Part shown: positions 62,592 through 64,000 of the stretch, one piece after another
How the letters are laid out: the number at the start of each line of letters is the position of its first letter
How positions within the stretch are numbered: position 1 is the stretch's first letter
Source: an uncultured Candidatus Micrarchaeota archaeon
GTDB taxonomy: Archaea > Micrarchaeota > Micrarchaeia > Micrarchaeales > Micrarchaeaceae
DNA: 64,000 nucleotides
Direction of reading: 5' to 3'
Assembly: GCA_963741095.1 (NCBI GenBank)
Contig: CAVUGN010000002.1
Coordinates: 128,001-192,000 of the forward strand
Program-made: the position numbers and the translations under genes
The notes under the pieces: model-generated
Seen by the model: only the letters and a program-made list of their open reading frames with translations
Database searches by the model: none
Told to the model about the DNA's origin: nothing

Positions 62592-62834
62592 ATGGGCGAG
62601 AGCGGCGACGGCAAAACGAGGGAGAGGATAGCAAAGGACATAGCACAGTTCCACGAGAGCGTCAAGACCGTCAAAATCCAGCCCCAATACGCCCGCGTCA
62701 TAGAGCTGGCCAAGATGTACGCCAGCGACGCTCAGAGCTATTTGGACAAGGGGGATCTCTACACCGCTTTTTCCTGCATAAGCTACGCCCACGGTCTGAT
62801 AGACGCGATCAAGGGTTTCGAGGGGGTGCAATAA
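62592..62834 (+). CDS. DUF357 family protein
   Basis: AKMYASDAQSYLDKGD..TAF....YAHGLIDA. Confidence 0.88.
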   Translation: MGESGDGKTRERIAKDIAQFHESVKTVKIQPQYARVIELAKMYASDAQSYLDKGDLYTAFSCISYAHGLIDAIKGFEGVQ

Positions 62835-63926
62835 ATGTACTTGGAGGGCAAGGCGAAGATAAAGTACACCGACGACGCGTTCCTCAACCCTGACGGGACA
62901 CTGTCAAGAGACTTCAGCGTGGCGTTCATAAACGCAGTCCTGCCGGGAAAGTCGAAGGCGCTGGATTCGACCGCAGCCACGGGCATACGAGGCATCCGGT
63001 ACTGCCAAGAGACGAAGGCGAAGGACGAGACCTTCCTCGACATAAACGAGAAGGCATTCGATTCCCTGAAGAAGAACATCAAATTCAACAAGCTCAAGGC
63101 AAATGCGTACAACACGAGCATACAGGAATTCGCGAACACCACCAAGGACAGGTTCGACCTGATAGACCTCGACCCATTCGGCGGGATAACGCCGTACATA
63201 TACGATCTCCTGAAGGTCGCCAAGAGCGGCACCTACCTTCTGGCAACCGGCACCGACACCGCGGTTCTCTGCGGCGCGGAGCGCAAGGCTTGCATAAGAC
63301 TGTACGACTCGGTGCCGATGCACAACGAGCTCTGCCACGAGACGGGCATAAGGATACTGATAGGCTACATAGCAAGGACGGCCGCGCAGTTCAACATGGG
63401 GATAGACGTGCTGATGTCCCTGTCGTACCTGCACTACATGCGCGTCTTCATCCGGCTAAATTCGGGCTTCAAGAGCGCCGAAGGCTCGGTGGGCAGGATG
63501 GGCTACGCCTACCACTGCCAAAAATGCGGCAACACCTTCTGCAAGGCCGGCCAACTGCCGGAATCCTCGTGTCCGTCATGCTCCAGCAAACTCGATGTTG
63601 CGGGCAAGCTTTGGGTAGGCCCCCTCCATGACAAGGCTGTTGTAAGCTCGGTCAGCAAATACCTGTCCAAGCACAAGGCGCCCAGAAACGAGCTCAAACT
63701 GATAACGACCATAGGAGAGGAGCTTGACATGCCCCTGTACTACTCGATCCCGCGCCTGACCATGAAGCTCGGCATAGGCTCGGTTAGCCCCGATCTAGTG
63801 ATGGAGGCGCTGAAGGAAAAGGGCTTCCAGGTGTCAAAGACACACATGAGGGATTCGTGCCTAAAGACCGATGCCGCTGTGGAGGAGGTGGAGGGCGTCA
63901 TAATGCAATTGTGGAAGCGAAGGTAG
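62835..63926 (+). CDS. trm1: tRNA (guanine-26-N2)-dimethyltransferase
   Basis: FLNP....SRD, ATGIRGIRY, DLDPFG, TDTAVLCG, ETGIRIL, HYMRV, Zn finger, G.LW.GPL, KTDA. Confidence 0.95.
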   Translation: MYLEGKAKIKYTDDAFLNPDGTLSRDFSVAFINAVLPGKSKALDSTAATGIRGIRYCQETKAKDETFLDINEKAFDSLKKNIKFNKLKANAYNTSIQEFANTTKDRFDLIDLDPFGGITPYIYDLLKVAKSGTYLLATGTDTAVLCGAERKACIRLYDSVPMHNELCHETGIRILIGYIARTAAQFNMGIDVLMSLSYLHYMRVFIRLNSGFKSAEGSVGRMGYAYHCQKCGNTFCKAGQLPESSCPSCSSKLDVAGKLWVGPLHDKAVVSSVSKYLSKHKAPRNELKLITTIGEELDMPLYYSIPRLTMKLGIGSVSPDLVMEALKEKGFQVSKTHMRDSCLKTDAAVEEVEGVIMQLWKRR

Positions 63927-64000
63927 TCTTTCCCCTCTCTGCAAAACTCCGCAAAAAGCTCGCTCACTTCCGCTTCTCAAGCCAAATTGCAAAGGGCTAA

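Noticed and set aside
1-64000. CRISPR arrays, rRNA, transposases, integrases, inteins
   Set aside because: None seen. PolB, DP2, NrdJ and Lhr have normal lengths and contiguous motifs, with no intein signatures.
63927-64000. Possible gene end or RNA at the window edge
   Set aside because: Too short and truncated; no convincing frame or fold.

Overview
This is a gene-dense archaeal chromosome segment, most consistent with a DPANN archaeon of the Micrarchaeota type. That placement is an inference from PolD, archaeal PheRS, aMBF1, P1/L12, NAC, the class I CCA enzyme, BHB tRNA introns and compact packing. It carries about 66 CDS, mostly for information processing: PheS/PheT; PolB, PolD (DP1+DP2) and PolX; class II RNR; RNase HII, Fen1 and Lhr-MPE; two Nth, EndoQ and an AlkZ-like glycosylase; uL1-uL10-P1 and uL30-uL15; a beta-CASP RNase, TruD, Trm1 and the CCA enzyme. 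There are six tRNA genes (Arg-TCG, Asp-GTC, Tyr-GTA, Val-TAC, Ser-CGA, Ala-CGC). Three have introns, including a T-loop (59/60) intron with a textbook BHB motif. I saw no rRNA, CRISPR array, transposase or integrase. The strongest candidate for an undescribed system is a 920-aa protein (35683-38445) that fuses a roughly 10-helix polytopic membrane domain to a tandem pair of Cdc48/Vps4-like AAA modules, possibly a single-polypeptide membrane extraction or remodelling machine. Other leads are a (1+3)x2 tandem SemiSWEET/PQ-loop protein, an unannotated 44-aa ORF coupled to the RNR, unusual tRNA bases (C33, A18/G55, A15:U48), a divergent Nth pair on one palindromic promoter, and several structured intergenic leaders. 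All calls come from reading motifs by eye; no database searches were run.
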